In this document: piece after piece, positions 7,614 through 17,100 of the stretch
Layout: each line of letters starts with the position of its first letter
Position numbering within the stretch: the stretch's first letter is position 1
Program-made: the position numbers and the translations under genes
Notes under the pieces: generated by a model
Told to the model about the DNA's origin: nothing
Databases searched by the model: none
What the model saw: the letters and a program-made list of their open reading frames with translations, nothing else
Source: Candidatus Undinarchaeota archaeon
GTDB lineage: Archaea; SpSt-1190
DNA length: 22,977 nucleotides
Assembly: GCA_964449215.1 (NCBI GenBank)
Contig: CAYVAH010000009.1
Coordinates: forward strand, 1 to 22,977
Reading direction: 5' to 3'

Positions 7614-9194
7614 GTGTTCATCGAGGAACTCGCTGAGAGTGTCTGCAAGAGACTGGAGGTGCTGTCGGGGAGAAAAAACTTCCTGGATTTTGGGGAATTC
7701 GCCGATTTCTCATCCCCGCTTGCACTAAAGCTCTCGAAAGAGGAAAAGAGGAACCCGATCGAGCTTGCAGAAGAATGGGCTGAAAAAATTGATGTTCCGG
7801 GGGTCAGCACCAGGGTGACAGGGGGCTTCCTGAACTTCTTCCTCACAGAAGAAGCCATCCTCCACAACCTGAAGAAAATCACACACTTCAAGAGCCCGGG
7901 AAAAACCGCTGTGATTGACTACTCCTCCCCAAACATTGCAAAGCCCTTCTCCGTCGGCCATCTGAGAAGCACCATAATAGGGGAGAGCCTGCGCAGGGTC
8001 CTGGAACTCCTGGGCTGGAAAACCTACGGGATAAATTTCGTCGGGGACTGGGGAACACAGTTCGGGAAGCTGCTGGCCGCATATGAGAGGTGGCCGGTGG
8101 ACTTGAAGGAAGAGCCAATAAAGAAATTGCTTGAGCTCTATGTCCGGTTTCACAGGGAAGCCGAGAAGGACAAGGAGCTTGAGGAGGAAGGTAAAGAGTG
8201 GTTTCGCAGGCTGGAAGAGGGCGACAAGGTGGCTGTGGAAAGGTGGAAAAAGTTCAGGGAGCTCAGCATGAAGGAGTTCCAGCGAATCTACCGGATCCTC
8301 GGGACGACAGAACTGATTGACGCGGGAGAAAGCTTCTTCGTAAAGGATAGCAAGGAACTCGTTGATGAGCTGCTTGAAAGGGGAATAGCGAAGAAAGACA
8401 AAGGGGCAGTGGTGGTGCCACTGGAGGACAAGCCACCGATGATACTCAGAAAAAGCGATGGGACGACCATCTATTCCTCGAGAGACCTCGCATCCGCCCT
8501 GTGGAGAATCAGGAAGTTCAGGCCGGATCTCATGCTCTATGTGGTGGGGAACGAACAGAGCCTCCACTTCCAGCAGCTCTTTGAGGTGCTGAAGAAACTT
8601 GAAGTGAAAACCCGCCTTGAGCATGTCTCTTTCGGGCTGGTCAGGCTCCCGGAAGGGAAGATGAGCACCAGGAAGGGAAGAGTTGTATTTCTCGAGGATG
8701 TGCTGGAAGAAGCCGTGAGGAGGATTGAAAAGATAATGGTGGAGAGAGGGGGAAGCAAGGAGGATGCGGAGAAGATTGGAGTGGGAGCTGTGAAGTTTGC
8801 AGACCTGAAAACCAACCGCACGAGGGAAGTGAAATTCAGCTGGGACATGCTTTCAATGGAAGGGGACACGGGACCCTACGTGCAGTATGCGGCGGTGAGG
8901 GCCAAGCGTATTGTGGAAAAATTCGGAAGAGGCAAGCCGGGGCTGGACGCTGAGTTCGAACCGCTCGCCCGAAAGCTCGTCAGGTTCCGCATAGCCGTCA
9001 TGGAAACGGCAAAGCTCCGCCGCCCGGACATCCTTGCCAGCTACCTCCTGGAGATTTCAAAGAAGTTCAACGAGCTGTATGTGAAGAAACGCATAGGAGG
9101 AGTTCCTGAAAGGGAGTGGCTGACAGAAAGGACCTACCTGGTTCTGGAAAAAGGGCTGGAATTGCTGGGGATAGAGACCCCGGGGAGGATGTAG
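7614..9194 (+). CDS. argS: Arginyl-tRNA synthetase; probable start GTG 7614 (526 aa)
   Basis: DYSSPNIAKPFSVGHLRSTIIG (HIGH region), GDWGTQFG, KSDGTTIYSSRDLA, YVVGNEQSLHF, KMSTRKG, GDTGPYVQYA; ends GIETPGRM. Confidence 0.98.
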   Translation: MFIEELAESVCKRLEVLSGRKNFLDFGEFADFSSPLALKLSKEEKRNPIELAEEWAEKIDVPGVSTRVTGGFLNFFLTEEAILHNLKKITHFKSPGKTAVIDYSSPNIAKPFSVGHLRSTIIGESLRRVLELLGWKTYGINFVGDWGTQFGKLLAAYERWPVDLKEEPIKKLLELYVRFHREAEKDKELEEEGKEWFRRLEEGDKVAVERWKKFRELSMKEFQRIYRILGTTELIDAGESFFVKDSKELVDELLERGIAKKDKGAVVVPLEDKPPMILRKSDGTTIYSSRDLASALWRIRKFRPDLMLYVVGNEQSLHFQQLFEVLKKLEVKTRLEHVSFGLVRLPEGKMSTRKGRVVFLEDVLEEAVRRIEKIMVERGGSKEDAEKIGVGAVKFADLKTNRTREVKFSWDMLSMEGDTGPYVQYAAVRAKRIVEKFGRGKPGLDAEFEPLARKLVRFRIAVMETAKLRRPDILASYLLEISKKFNELYVKKRIGGVPEREWLTERTYLVLEKGLELLGIETPGRM

Positions 9195-9410
9195 TCAATA
9201 CTCCCTTTTCGAAGCCAGCAGGCTCGCCGCAACAATCAGGGCGGACCCGACCACCATCCAGCCAGCATCCGGGGTCATGTTCAGGTATCCCACAAGCCTG
9301 CTGATGGCCCACAGAACCGCCAGGAACTCCACCACTCCAATCACAACCAGTGCCAGTGAGGCAAGAAGACGCCCTCCAACAAACTCCCAGATTTCTCCGA
9401 GATAAACCAT
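9195..9410 (-). CDS. Small two-TM membrane protein (71 aa)
   Basis: Two hydrophobic helices and a charged tail. Its stop abuts the argS stop. TATA-like TTATTAT (9437-9431) ends 21 nt upstream of the ATG. Confidence 0.7.
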   Translation of the reverse strand: MVYLGEIWEFVGGRLLASLALVVIGVVEFLAVLWAISRLVGYLNMTPDAGWMVVGSALIVAASLLASKREY

Positions 9411-9440
9411 ACGAGAAAAAGCAAAGGAAGATAATAAGGG

Positions 9441-9499
9441 TTTCAGTTATTACCCGCTCATCACTCCCGGGGGGTCAGAGGGTGTTCACATCATCACTC
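9441..9499 (-). ncRNA. Box C/D 2'-O-methylation guide sRNA
   Basis: Minus strand reads GTGATGA (C, 9497-9491) TGTGAACACCCT (12-nt guide) CTGA (D', 9478-9475) CCCCCCGGGA GTGATGA (C', 9464-9458) GCGGGTAATAA (11-nt guide) CTGA (D, 9446-9443). All four boxes are perfect consensus with archaeal spacing; exact ends are approximate. Confidence 0.92.
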
Positions 9500-12329
9500 A
9501 GAGACCGGCACCGAACCTCATGCCCTTGAACTCCCACTCCTCCTGCAGGGAACCTCCCCTGCCATAATGAAGCTTCGAAGCCCCCACCCTGCGCACAAAA
9601 TCCTTTTCGAGAGCCTTTATAACCTCAAGTATCCCTGCGTCCCCCCACACGTGAACCTCAACCCTGTCTCGAGGAACAAGCTTGGCTTTGCGACGCAGTG
9701 AACGGACGCGACGCGAGGCTTCCCTCATCAACCCCTCCCGGACCTCTTCCTTCCCCTGTGTCGGGTCCACCACAACCCTCCGGCCACCCACAAGCAGCTC
9801 ATCCCCCGAGCAGCTCCCGATCCTCCTGACATTCGCCAGCCTCCTGACGATTCCTTCGGGCACTCCACTGACATCCACGCACCGGAGGGGGTACCGCAGC
9901 CCTATCCCCTTCTCGTCCCTGTAAGCCAGGAGCGCCTCAACAACATCAAGGGCAGCATCCACCGCCGACTCCACCTTCGGGTCTATGGCGGATCCGTCAG
10001 GTTCGGGATATGGCTCAAAGAACACGCTCTTTTCCCCGGAAAACCTGGAGGCAAATTCCCCGTAGAGCTCCTCGGCAAACAGCGGAGAAACTGGAGCAAC
10101 CAGCCTCAGGAGACCGTGTTGCACCTCTTTCAGCACCTTTATGGGGACTCTGTCGCCCTCCCGAACCCTCTCCTTTGCAAGTTTCATGTATTTCCGGCTC
10201 AGGTCCTCAACAACAAACCTGTAGAGCCTGCGGGTGGCGTGGTGGAGCCTGTAGCTCTCAAAGTCCTCCAAAAAGCAGGAGAGCATTGAGTTATACTTGC
10301 TGAGCAGCCACCTGTCCTCAATGGCGAGCTCACCCTCACCGGGCTCCCCTGACCTCATCAAGTATCTGTGGAGATTCCTCCATATGTGAAACATCTTCCC
10401 TATTTCCTTCTTCGCCCTGTCCGGGCTGAAACGAATCACGTCCCAGGGCGAACTTTCCCAGAGTATGTAGAAGCGAAGCACGTCCGGACCGAGCATGGAA
10501 AGTGCCTGCCGGGCAGTCACAAAGTTTCCCTTGCTCTTGCTCATTTTCTCACCCTTCTCATCGACCACCCAGCCGTGCATACTCACCCTCCGGTAGGGTG
10601 AGCGTCCGAAAAGCGCAACCCCCAGAACAAGGAGGGTGTAGAACCAGCCACGAATCTGGTCCTGCCCTTCATCAATCCAGTCAGAGGGCCACAGCTCCTC
10701 AAACCGGTCCTTCCCGGGAACGGCAAAGCTCGCCGCCCCGGAATCATACCACACATCAAGAACGTCAGGAACTCTGCTCATCTCCAGGCCACATTTCTCA
10801 CACCGGAAAACCACGCTGTCAACAACATCCCTGTGGAGGTCATCTACCGGCTGACCGCTCAGCTCGGAGAGCTCCTTCGAGCCGGAAACCACCTTCACAT
10901 GACCGTTTTTGCACTTCCATACCGGAAGGGGGATATTCCAGTATCTCTGGCGGCTCAGGGTCCAGTCCTTCGCATTCGTAAGCCAGTTCACCATCCGCTC
11001 CTCGGCAAATCCGGGAAGCCACTCAACATCCTTGGCCGCCCTGATCAACCTCTTCTTCAGCTTTCCAATGTCAAGGAACCACTGCCGGGTCATGCGGAAA
11101 ATCAGGGGAGTCTTGCACCTCCAGCACACCGGATACCTGTGGTGGATTTCTTCAGTTCCGAGAATCAGACCTCTGTCCCTCAAATAGCCCACTATTTTCG
11201 CGTTTGCCTTCCTCACTTCCATGCCGGCGAATGGCTCCACATCCCCGGTGAAACGCCCTTTGTCATCAACCGGAGAAAGAGCTTCCAGAGCATAATGCCT
11301 GCCAATCTCAAAGTCCTCAGGACCGTGACCGGGAGCGCAGTGCACAACCCCCGTGCCTTCCTCAAGGTTGGTGAAGTGCTCCACAAGGGTCTCACCCTCG
11401 ACCTCCTTCTTGGCAGCGACCTTCCCGGAAACCTTTTGCTTTATGACAGGCTGGCTGAGATAGATTCTCCTCGCAGTCGGGGAGCCATCGAGGGAGCGCT
11501 GGGCGGAACACTCCACAACCGGATTGTATTTCACGCCCTCCAGCTCCTTTCCTTTGAACTTTCGAATCAACCGGTACTTCACCCCAAGGCCATCCAGCGA
11601 GGGGAGCGTCTTCTCAGCCAGCACCAGCTTCTCTCCGTCCACCTCCACCTCAACATACCCGGCGTCCCCCCTGACAACAAGAGCGACATTCCCGGGGAGG
11701 GTCCATGGGGTGGTCGTCCAGGCAAGAAGGTTGAATCCCCTCTCAGTTGGGAACTTCACAAAAACCCCAAGGTCATCCAGCTCCCTGTATTCATCGGTGA
11801 CCTCATACCCGCTCAAAACAGTCTGGCAGTGCGGACACCAGTAGAATGGTTTTTCACCTTCGTTCAGCAACCCCTTTTTCCAGAGTTCGGAAACGGACCA
11901 CCAGACTGAATCCATATACTCTTTGTTCAGGGTCATGTAGGGCTCCTCCCAGCCGAACCACACGCCCATCTCCCTGTAGAACTCCTTCCACACACTGATA
12001 TTGCTGGTGGCGAATTCCTTGCACCGCCTCATAAAAGTGGACACACCCATACGATCAATTTCATCCTTGTCCCTGATCCCGAGCTCCTTCTCCACCTTGT
12101 TTTCAATTGGAAGGCCGTGCGTGTCAAAACCGGGTTTCACCCAGACCCCGTAACCCTGCATCGCCCTCATCTTGATTATGGCATCCTTTATGGTCACACC
12201 CCGAACATGCCCCATGTGAGGCTCCGCATTCGGGTAAGGAGGACCGTCAAGCAACCAGAACTTTTTATCCCCCCTGGAAGAAAGAGTTCTCACCAGGTCA
12301 AGTTTGTCCCAGAGCTTCTGAACCTCCAC
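9498..12329 (-). CDS. ileS: Isoleucyl-tRNA synthetase (archaeal/eukaryotic type)
   Basis: DGPPYPNAEPHMGH, GFDTHGLPIE, WTTTPWTLPGN, GTGVVHCAPGHG, DWTLSRQRYW, DVWYDSG, EGQDQIRGWFY and KMSKS motifs. Confidence 0.99.
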   Translation of the reverse strand: MEVQKLWDKLDLVRTLSSRGDKKFWLLDGPPYPNAEPHMGHVRGVTIKDAIIKMRAMQGYGVWVKPGFDTHGLPIENKVEKELGIRDKDEIDRMGVSTFMRRCKEFATSNISVWKEFYREMGVWFGWEEPYMTLNKEYMDSVWWSVSELWKKGLLNEGEKPFYWCPHCQTVLSGYEVTDEYRELDDLGVFVKFPTERGFNLLAWTTTPWTLPGNVALVVRGDAGYVEVEVDGEKLVLAEKTLPSLDGLGVKYRLIRKFKGKELEGVKYNPVVECSAQRSLDGSPTARRIYLSQPVIKQKVSGKVAAKKEVEGETLVEHFTNLEEGTGVVHCAPGHGPEDFEIGRHYALEALSPVDDKGRFTGDVEPFAGMEVRKANAKIVGYLRDRGLILGTEEIHHRYPVCWRCKTPLIFRMTRQWFLDIGKLKKRLIRAAKDVEWLPGFAEERMVNWLTNAKDWTLSRQRYWNIPLPVWKCKNGHVKVVSGSKELSELSGQPVDDLHRDVVDSVVFRCEKCGLEMSRVPDVLDVWYDSGAASFAVPGKDRFEELWPSDWIDEGQDQIRGWFYTLLVLGVALFGRSPYRRVSMHGWVVDEKGEKMSKSKGNFVTARQALSMLGPDVLRFYILWESSPWDVIRFSPDRAKKEIGKMFHIWRNLHRYLMRSGEPGEGELAIEDRWLLSKYNSMLSCFLEDFESYRLHHATRRLYRFVVEDLSRKYMKLAKERVREGDRVPIKVLKEVQHGLLRLVAPVSPLFAEELYGEFASRFSGEKSVFFEPYPEPDGSAIDPKVESAVDAALDVVEALLAYRDEKGIGLRYPLRCVDVSGVPEGIVRRLANVRRIGSCSGDELLVGGRRVVVDPTQGKEEVREGLMREASRRVRSLRRKAKLVPRDRVEVHVWGDAGILEVIKALEKDFVRRVGASKLHYGRGGSLQEEWEFKGMRFGAGL

Positions 12330-12349
12330 GGGTAGGGACTCTGAGAAAG

Positions 12350-12357
12350 TTTTTATA
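12350..12357 (-). promoter_or_regulatory. TATA box for ileS overlapping the upstream gene's stop codon
   Basis: TATAAAAA ends 21 nt before GTG 12329; A-rich BRE-like sequence upstream. Confidence 0.65.
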
Positions 12358-12865
12358 GGTTTTTGATTCTCTGGGCAGGGAGCCTCTCCCGCACAAGGAT
12401 TGACACAGGAGCGGCAAGAAACGGCAGGGAGAGTGGAAGCAGCGTATAGGCCATGGCAAGGAAAGAGAAGGCGGCAAGCACCGTCCAGTTGACCTCCGCG
12501 GGAACCTTGAACGCCTCCACCGGGGCGATAATGCCTTTCCAGATGAACACCCAGGGGAGAGAAATCATCCTGAACATGAGATACAGGGGAATGAACACGA
12601 GTAAGGAGAAGTATGAACTGAAGCTTGAGAGGAATATGACGAAGTCAATCATGAAGAAGAATGCCACCCAGACCACAAGCATCACCGCCACAAACGCCGG
12701 CAGCTTTTTCAGGGAGTCCTCCAGGAATCTGTCACTGTATGGAAGCTCGACCGTCGCGAGCACGAAAAAGAGAAGCGTGAGCAGCCGAAGGAGGGCAGGA
12801 CCGAAAAAGAAGACCAGAAGCCCCGGAACAAGCAGGGAGTAGTACAGCAACAGGCGGTTCTTCAT
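12353..12865 (-). CDS. Hypothetical integral membrane protein (170 aa, ~5-6 TM)
   Basis: Almost entirely hydrophobic; ATGA overlap with the srp54 stop (12865-12862) suggests translational coupling. Confidence 0.8.
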   Translation of the reverse strand: MKNRLLLYYSLLVPGLLVFFFGPALLRLLTLLFFVLATVELPYSDRFLEDSLKKLPAFVAVMLVVWVAFFFMIDFVIFLSSFSSYFSLLVFIPLYLMFRMISLPWVFIWKGIIAPVEAFKVPAEVNWTVLAAFSFLAMAYTLLPLSLPFLAAPVSILVRERLPAQRIKNL

Positions 12866-14121
12866 CTGAATTTCATACCCTTAAACCCTTTTAAACCCTT
12901 CTTGAGTGCATACTTCCCGAGCTTTCCACCCCTCAGCCCCTTCAGCATCTTTTTCATCGTGTTGAACTCCTTCAACAACCCCCTCACATCACTGGTGCTG
13001 GTTCCACTCCCGGCCGCTATACGCTCAACGCGTGACCTGCTCAGTATATCCGGATTGAGCCGCTCCTCCCTAGTCATGCTGTCAATAATCGCCTTGTATT
13101 TCTTGAGCTTTGCCTTCAGACCTTCCATGGTCTTCTTGTCCAGGTCAGTCAGCCCAACCATCTGGAGAACCTTCTCAAAAGGCCCCATCTTCGTGAGGGC
13201 TTCCATCTGCTTGTAGAAGGTGAGCATATTGAGGGTGGACAGGTCCCTTGGATCAAACTTGACCTCGGATTGAACCTCCTTGGCTTTTTCCAGCAGACCC
13301 TCTATGTCACCCCACCCAAGAAGCCTGGAAACGTAGCGCTTGGGGTTGAAAAGCTCAAAATCATCCAGCCGCTCACCAGTCCCGATGAATGCAACGGGCA
13401 CGCCAGCACTGGCACAAGCAGAAAGCGCACCGCCTCCCTTAGCGGAACCGTCCATCCTTGTCACTATGACAGCCGTGAGGAGCTCCCCAAATGCCGCGGC
13501 CTGCTTCCCGGCCTCGTGACCCATCTCTGCCGGAACCACCAGAAAAACATGGTGTGGCTTCAGCTTCCGCACAACCTCCCGGACCTCCTTCAGCATTTTT
13601 TGGTCAAGGGCATCCCTCCCGGCAGTATCAACTATGCAAGGGGGGGAGGGAATCTCGCGCACCGTTTCCAGACCCATCCGGTCCCCGAGCTGCTTGAGCT
13701 GCTCATACGCCGCCGGGCGATCCCTGTCAAGACTTGCCAGCGTCGGGGTGATTCCACGTTTTTTCAGCCAGTAACCGAGCTTTGCAGCAGTTGTCGTCTT
13801 CCCGGAGCCAAAAAGACCAACAAGAACCATCTTCACATCTCTTTTCACGGGAATCTCCGAACCCTCGCCGACCAGACGCACGAGCTCATCGTAAACAACG
13901 CGGAGAACGTGCTCCTTGACCGTAAGACCGGGCAGAGGCTTCTCCTTGGCCTTCTCCCTTATCCGTTTCGAAAGCTCGGAGACGAGCTTCACATCGACAT
14001 CGCTGGCTATAAGCACGCGCTGGAGCTCCCTGATGAGATTCTCGAGCTCCTTTTTCGATGCCCCCCTCGAAGCAAAAGAACGAATTGCCGAGCGCAACCT
14101 GGCAGCCAGACTTCCTATCAC
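12862..14121 (-). CDS. srp54: Signal recognition particle protein SRP54; probable start GTG 14121 (419 aa)
   Basis: [49 protein letters not shown] domain [10 protein letters not shown]...[18 protein letters not shown] (14147-14141) ends 20 nt upstream of GTG 14121 and lies inside the ORF-track extension. Confidence 0.97.
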   Translation of the reverse strand: MIGSLAARLRSAIRSFASRGASKKELENLIRELQRVLIASDVDVKLVSELSKRIREKAKEKPLPGLTVKEHVLRVVYDELVRLVGEGSEIPVKRDVKMVLVGLFGSGKTTTAAKLGYWLKKRGITPTLASLDRDRPAAYEQLKQLGDRMGLETVREIPSPPCIVDTAGRDALDQKMLKEVREVVRKLKPHHVFLVVPAEMGHEAGKQAAAFGELLTAVIVTRMDGSAKGGGALSACASAGVPVAFIGTGERLDDFELFNPKRYVSRLLGWGDIEGLLEKAKEVQSEVKFDPRDLSTLNMLTFYKQMEALTKMGPFEKVLQMVGLTDLDKKTMEGLKAKLKKYKAIIDSMTREERLNPDILSRSRVERIAAGSGTSTSDVRGLLKEFNTMKKMLKGLRGGKLGKYALKKGLKGFKGMKFR

Positions 14122-14151
14122 CTCACGAATAGGGTTGGAGTTTAAAATCAT

Positions 14152-17100
14152 TTACTTGAGATACAGCACAATACCGGCAGCCACAAGAAGGACCCCAAAT
14201 ATTGCAAATGTGTAGGAGCGTGACGGCCGCATCAGCTTCGCGGAGGCCCTGTAGCTCTCGACCTTCTGTATGCGCTCTATCTGGTCACTGACCTTCTCGA
14301 GCAATGAACGAGCTTCCTCGAAACTCCCCTCCTCCACAAGCTTCTTGGCAGCCGCAATGGACTTCAACACCCCAACATCAGTAACGCCCGAAGACTCCGC
14401 AGCTTCAAGCAGAGCCCTGACCTCGTATGGGGTTGGCAGAGTTACAGTCACATAGAACTCCGTGGAACCGCTCTTATCCGGATATGGCTTCGGATAAGCC
14501 CTCGCCTTCACGTAATACACACCTGATTTCTTGGTGTTGAAAGGCACGGAAATCATAGTGCTTGTCCCTTCCTCAAATGCCCTTTCATATGGCTGGATCG
14601 TCAGGTTGGTGTCAAATTCTATAACGTAGGTCCCGGAAAACTGGGCCGTCGTGAGGTTCAGGAGTATGCTCGCACCCGCAGAGGGGTCAAGCATTATTTC
14701 CCTGTCCGACCCGGCCAGTGTCGGTGTCACTTCCTTCCTCTCGACCGACACACTCACGCAACGGGGCTCCCTGTCCAGCAGGGTCACCGAGCGGACACAA
14801 AGGCTGTAATCACCCGGCCGGCTGGCAGACACCCCAAGCTCCTTGAAATCCCCTGGCTCGAGAGTGAAATCATATTCACTCACATCCATACCGGACTTCA
14901 CCACGTAAGAATCCCGCATGTTCCCGACATTGGTAAGCGTCACGTTCCCAGTCACCGTATCATATACCAGCCCGAGCTCCTGCTCAAGCGGATAAAGGTC
15001 AAACTCATACACAGGCTGCTGCGTCTGCACCAAACGCAACGAAACCCCGTCCTGCAACTTCCCGGACACATAAGCCTGGAAGCTCACCACGTAGTCTGTA
15101 TCGCTGTAGCTCTGCGGAACTGCAATGGTCACGGGCACCTCATCAATGTTGAAACCCTCAACCGTCACCTGTTTCAAGGGAAGCATCACAGCCAGCTCCT
15201 TCGGCGCACTGTATTTCAGCGAGACATTGATTGTGGGCCCCGAGTTCGAAAGCAAGAGCTTCACCCTCACATTCGGAGAACCGGAGAGGGGAACATATAC
15301 AACTCCCGGAGACACGGACGAGGATATCTGCTTCGGCACCTTTATAGTGACGGGGAAACTCTTGGTCAAGCTGTCGTAGTAATCAGCATAGAGCTTGAGA
15401 ACAAGCTCCGCCTCGCCTTCCTTGAAGTTATACGGGACCTCCACAACATCGGTCTGCCCGAGAAGCACCGATATTTCTCCTTGCTTCAACTCCCAGCTAT
15501 AAGTGTAGAAAGGAATGACCTGGCCCCTCTCATCCACCACCTTGGTTATGTAAGGGGAGTAGGAGCTCCCGGGGACCATTTCGGTCGGAACGGAGGCTTC
15601 GACACCTGTTATGTGACCGAACACGGGCAGTGAAACTGAAGCCTGCGACCCGTAGAAGTAGGGCACGGAGGCAGAGCAAGTCACAGTGTGCTTTCCGACC
15701 TTCATCGAAGACGGGTCAAACTCGAAAACCCCGCTTGCAACATATCTGCCATAAGTCTGTGACATCTGCTCATCGTATTGAAGGGTAATCGACTCCGAGA
15801 TGGAATCCACGGAACAGTATGCTTCCAGAGAGACCGGTCCTTCCGAAGAGTTTGCACTAAACATAACCGCCACTGAAACCGGTGAACCCTCACAGATATC
15901 GCCGGAACCGGAGCGATAATAGCACCCACGGCTTGTTGCTTTCGAAACTGTCATCTTGGTGCCATATATGGTATGAATTGTAACCGTGACATCGGTGGGC
16001 AACCTGTTCATCTGGCGGACAGAATACTTCAAAATCCTCGGACCATAAGGCCTGCCAAGATTTACTGGAACTGTAACCATAGCCTCGGGAAGTATTTCCA
16101 CACCGGCAGTCTCGACAACAGTATCATGGAGTGAGATGGAAACATTTTTCAAGAATGAGAACTCCGGCGGGATGTCCTGAAGGTTGCTCCACATCCCCTC
16201 ATCAAGGTCAAAGCCAATTACAGGTGAGTCTGTGTAATTTATCCAGAATTCGCAGAAAAGGTTCGGGGCCTCACCATGGCAAGTCCCGTTTATTACTGGC
16301 ACCCCGGGCATGGTAACCTCTTCTACCTCAGTATAGTCTGTAATGTACTGACAGAGACCACTTCTTATACCGCACATCCCTCCATCAATAATGGTACCCA
16401 ATCCTACCCCATCGCACTGTGGTGGCGCGTCACAATGCGAGTAACATATTGTGTCTTCCAACCCGGTAGCATACTCAGAACAGCAATCCCTACAATTGTC
16501 CGGGTCCTCATTCAACCCGGGTTCACAGAGGTCATTTCCGCAAGTATTGGTACAAAGACCCACAAGATTGTAATTGCTAGAGCCCCCGAAGTTGTTCAGG
16601 TCTATCCTCCTTTTACCGGAAATACTCAGGCAAGTCGAGACCTCACCATAACCGCCATTTGCAGTTGGATCCGCATTAGCACCATAAGTGAGGCAGCTAT
16701 CATTGTAATAACATGCAAATTCATCACCATTGAAGGTCTGAATGCTTGTGTCCTCCAGATTCCCTGTCGAAAGAAGACCAACCGAATGACACTTTGTGGG
16801 CGTTGATGGGAAGTTGAGTTCCGCAACACTAGTAACTTCGTTCCCCGAAGAATCCTTCAAGGTTGTGAACAGGTAGGAACTCGAACCTATTATAGACCCC
16901 GGGATAACGGGTGGACCAATCACAGAATCCAGCAGGTACGGTCCCCAGAATATGCTACCATTGACGGATGGCACACCTTGATAAGCTGAGGATATTGGGT
17001 CCATCAATTTGAAGTCCTTTGAAACCCCTCCAACAGTCACGGAAATATCCGTTATTGCACCCAGACCACTGAGAGTGAAAGTGTCATCAGTTATATCTAA

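Noticed and set aside
7611..7622. The D' guide of the C/D sRNA could pair with GGTGTTCA spanning the inferred argS GTG start, placing the methylated base on the start-codon U
   Set aside because: Only 8 contiguous Watson-Crick pairs plus wobbles. About 0.7 such 8-mer hits are expected by chance in 23 kb on two strands, so it is not significant without conservation data.
7725..8624. 299-aa minus-strand ORF
   Set aside because: Antisense shadow of argS.
10833..11909. 358-aa plus-strand ORF
   Set aside because: Antisense shadow of ileS.
12881..12900. Tandem 10-mer TTAAACCCTT x2
   Set aside because: Only two copies, in the low-complexity [10 protein letters not shown] tail of SRP54; not a CRISPR or mobile-element repeat, though it may double as a TATA element for the downstream gene.
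13270..14145. 291-aa plus-strand ORF
   Set aside because: Antisense shadow of srp54.
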